From Planctomycetota bacterium (GTDB lineage Bacteria > Planctomycetota > UBA1135 > UBA2386): a stretch of 64,000 nt of DNA. The notes below the pieces were generated by a model. The model saw only the letters and a list, made by a program, of their open reading frames with translations. It did not search any database and was not told where the DNA came from. The translations under genes were made by a program, and so were the position numbers. The stretch is taken from NCBI GenBank assembly GCA_046290465.1, contig JBKAGP010000001.1:3072001-3136000 (forward strand). Direction: 5' to 3'. Positions 63,864 to 64,000 of this stretch are shown piece by piece. Numbering within the stretch: the stretch's first letter is position 1; each line of letters starts with the position of its first letter.

Positions 63864-64000
63864 GATGTATGAGAACGACCCCCCACGGGTCGGCGCGTCC
63901 GACCACGCGCTCGGCCAGTTTCGCAGATCCGCCGAAAAAGGGCAGGCCCTTTCTCGGGACCGGCGGCTATTCCGGCAGCAGTTCGCGCGCGTAGCGGATC

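Noticed and set aside
1..64000. tRNA-Sec, selA, selB, selD, rRNA, transposase or prophage genes
   Set aside because: I looked for these because of the selenoprotein and repeat findings, but none was recognisable in this window by eye.

Overview
Very GC-rich bacterial chromosome segment, most likely Planctomycetota (DUF1501 plus DUF1549/DUF1553 pair, planctomycete-type ECF sigma/anti-sigma pair, many FG-GAP and exported proteins). It is densely coding, with about 60 genes. I saw no rRNA, tRNA, CRISPR array, transposase or integrase. The ORF track misses two genes split by an in-frame TGA that look like selenoproteins. One is an Rdx/SelW-type CxxU protein (30911-31144). The other is an exported ~400-aa thioredoxin-like protein with a C-T-U motif that resembles the selenoprotein N active-site region (60148-61362), and it lies directly downstream of an ECF sigma factor and a DUF3299 anti-sigma-like gene. 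Both TGAs are followed by a shared SECIS-like motif, and a SenB-type selenosugar synthase without senA/senC lies near the Rdx gene. Also present: an uncharacterised lipid-modification gene set (desaturase, PSD-like decarboxylase, Mpo1/DUF962-like protein, membrane-anchored class III aminotransferase, PHP-GT4 fusion, PmtA/OlsG-like methyltransferase); a hybrid T2SS/MSHA-like pilus cluster with a secretin-TPR fusion; a trans-3-hydroxyproline catabolic pair; an EctR-like MarR with palindromic operators; leuS; and an 83-bp hairpin-rich repeat found four times, always abutting a TAG stop codon. All family calls come from motif recognition by eye, not database searches, and start codons are best estimates.
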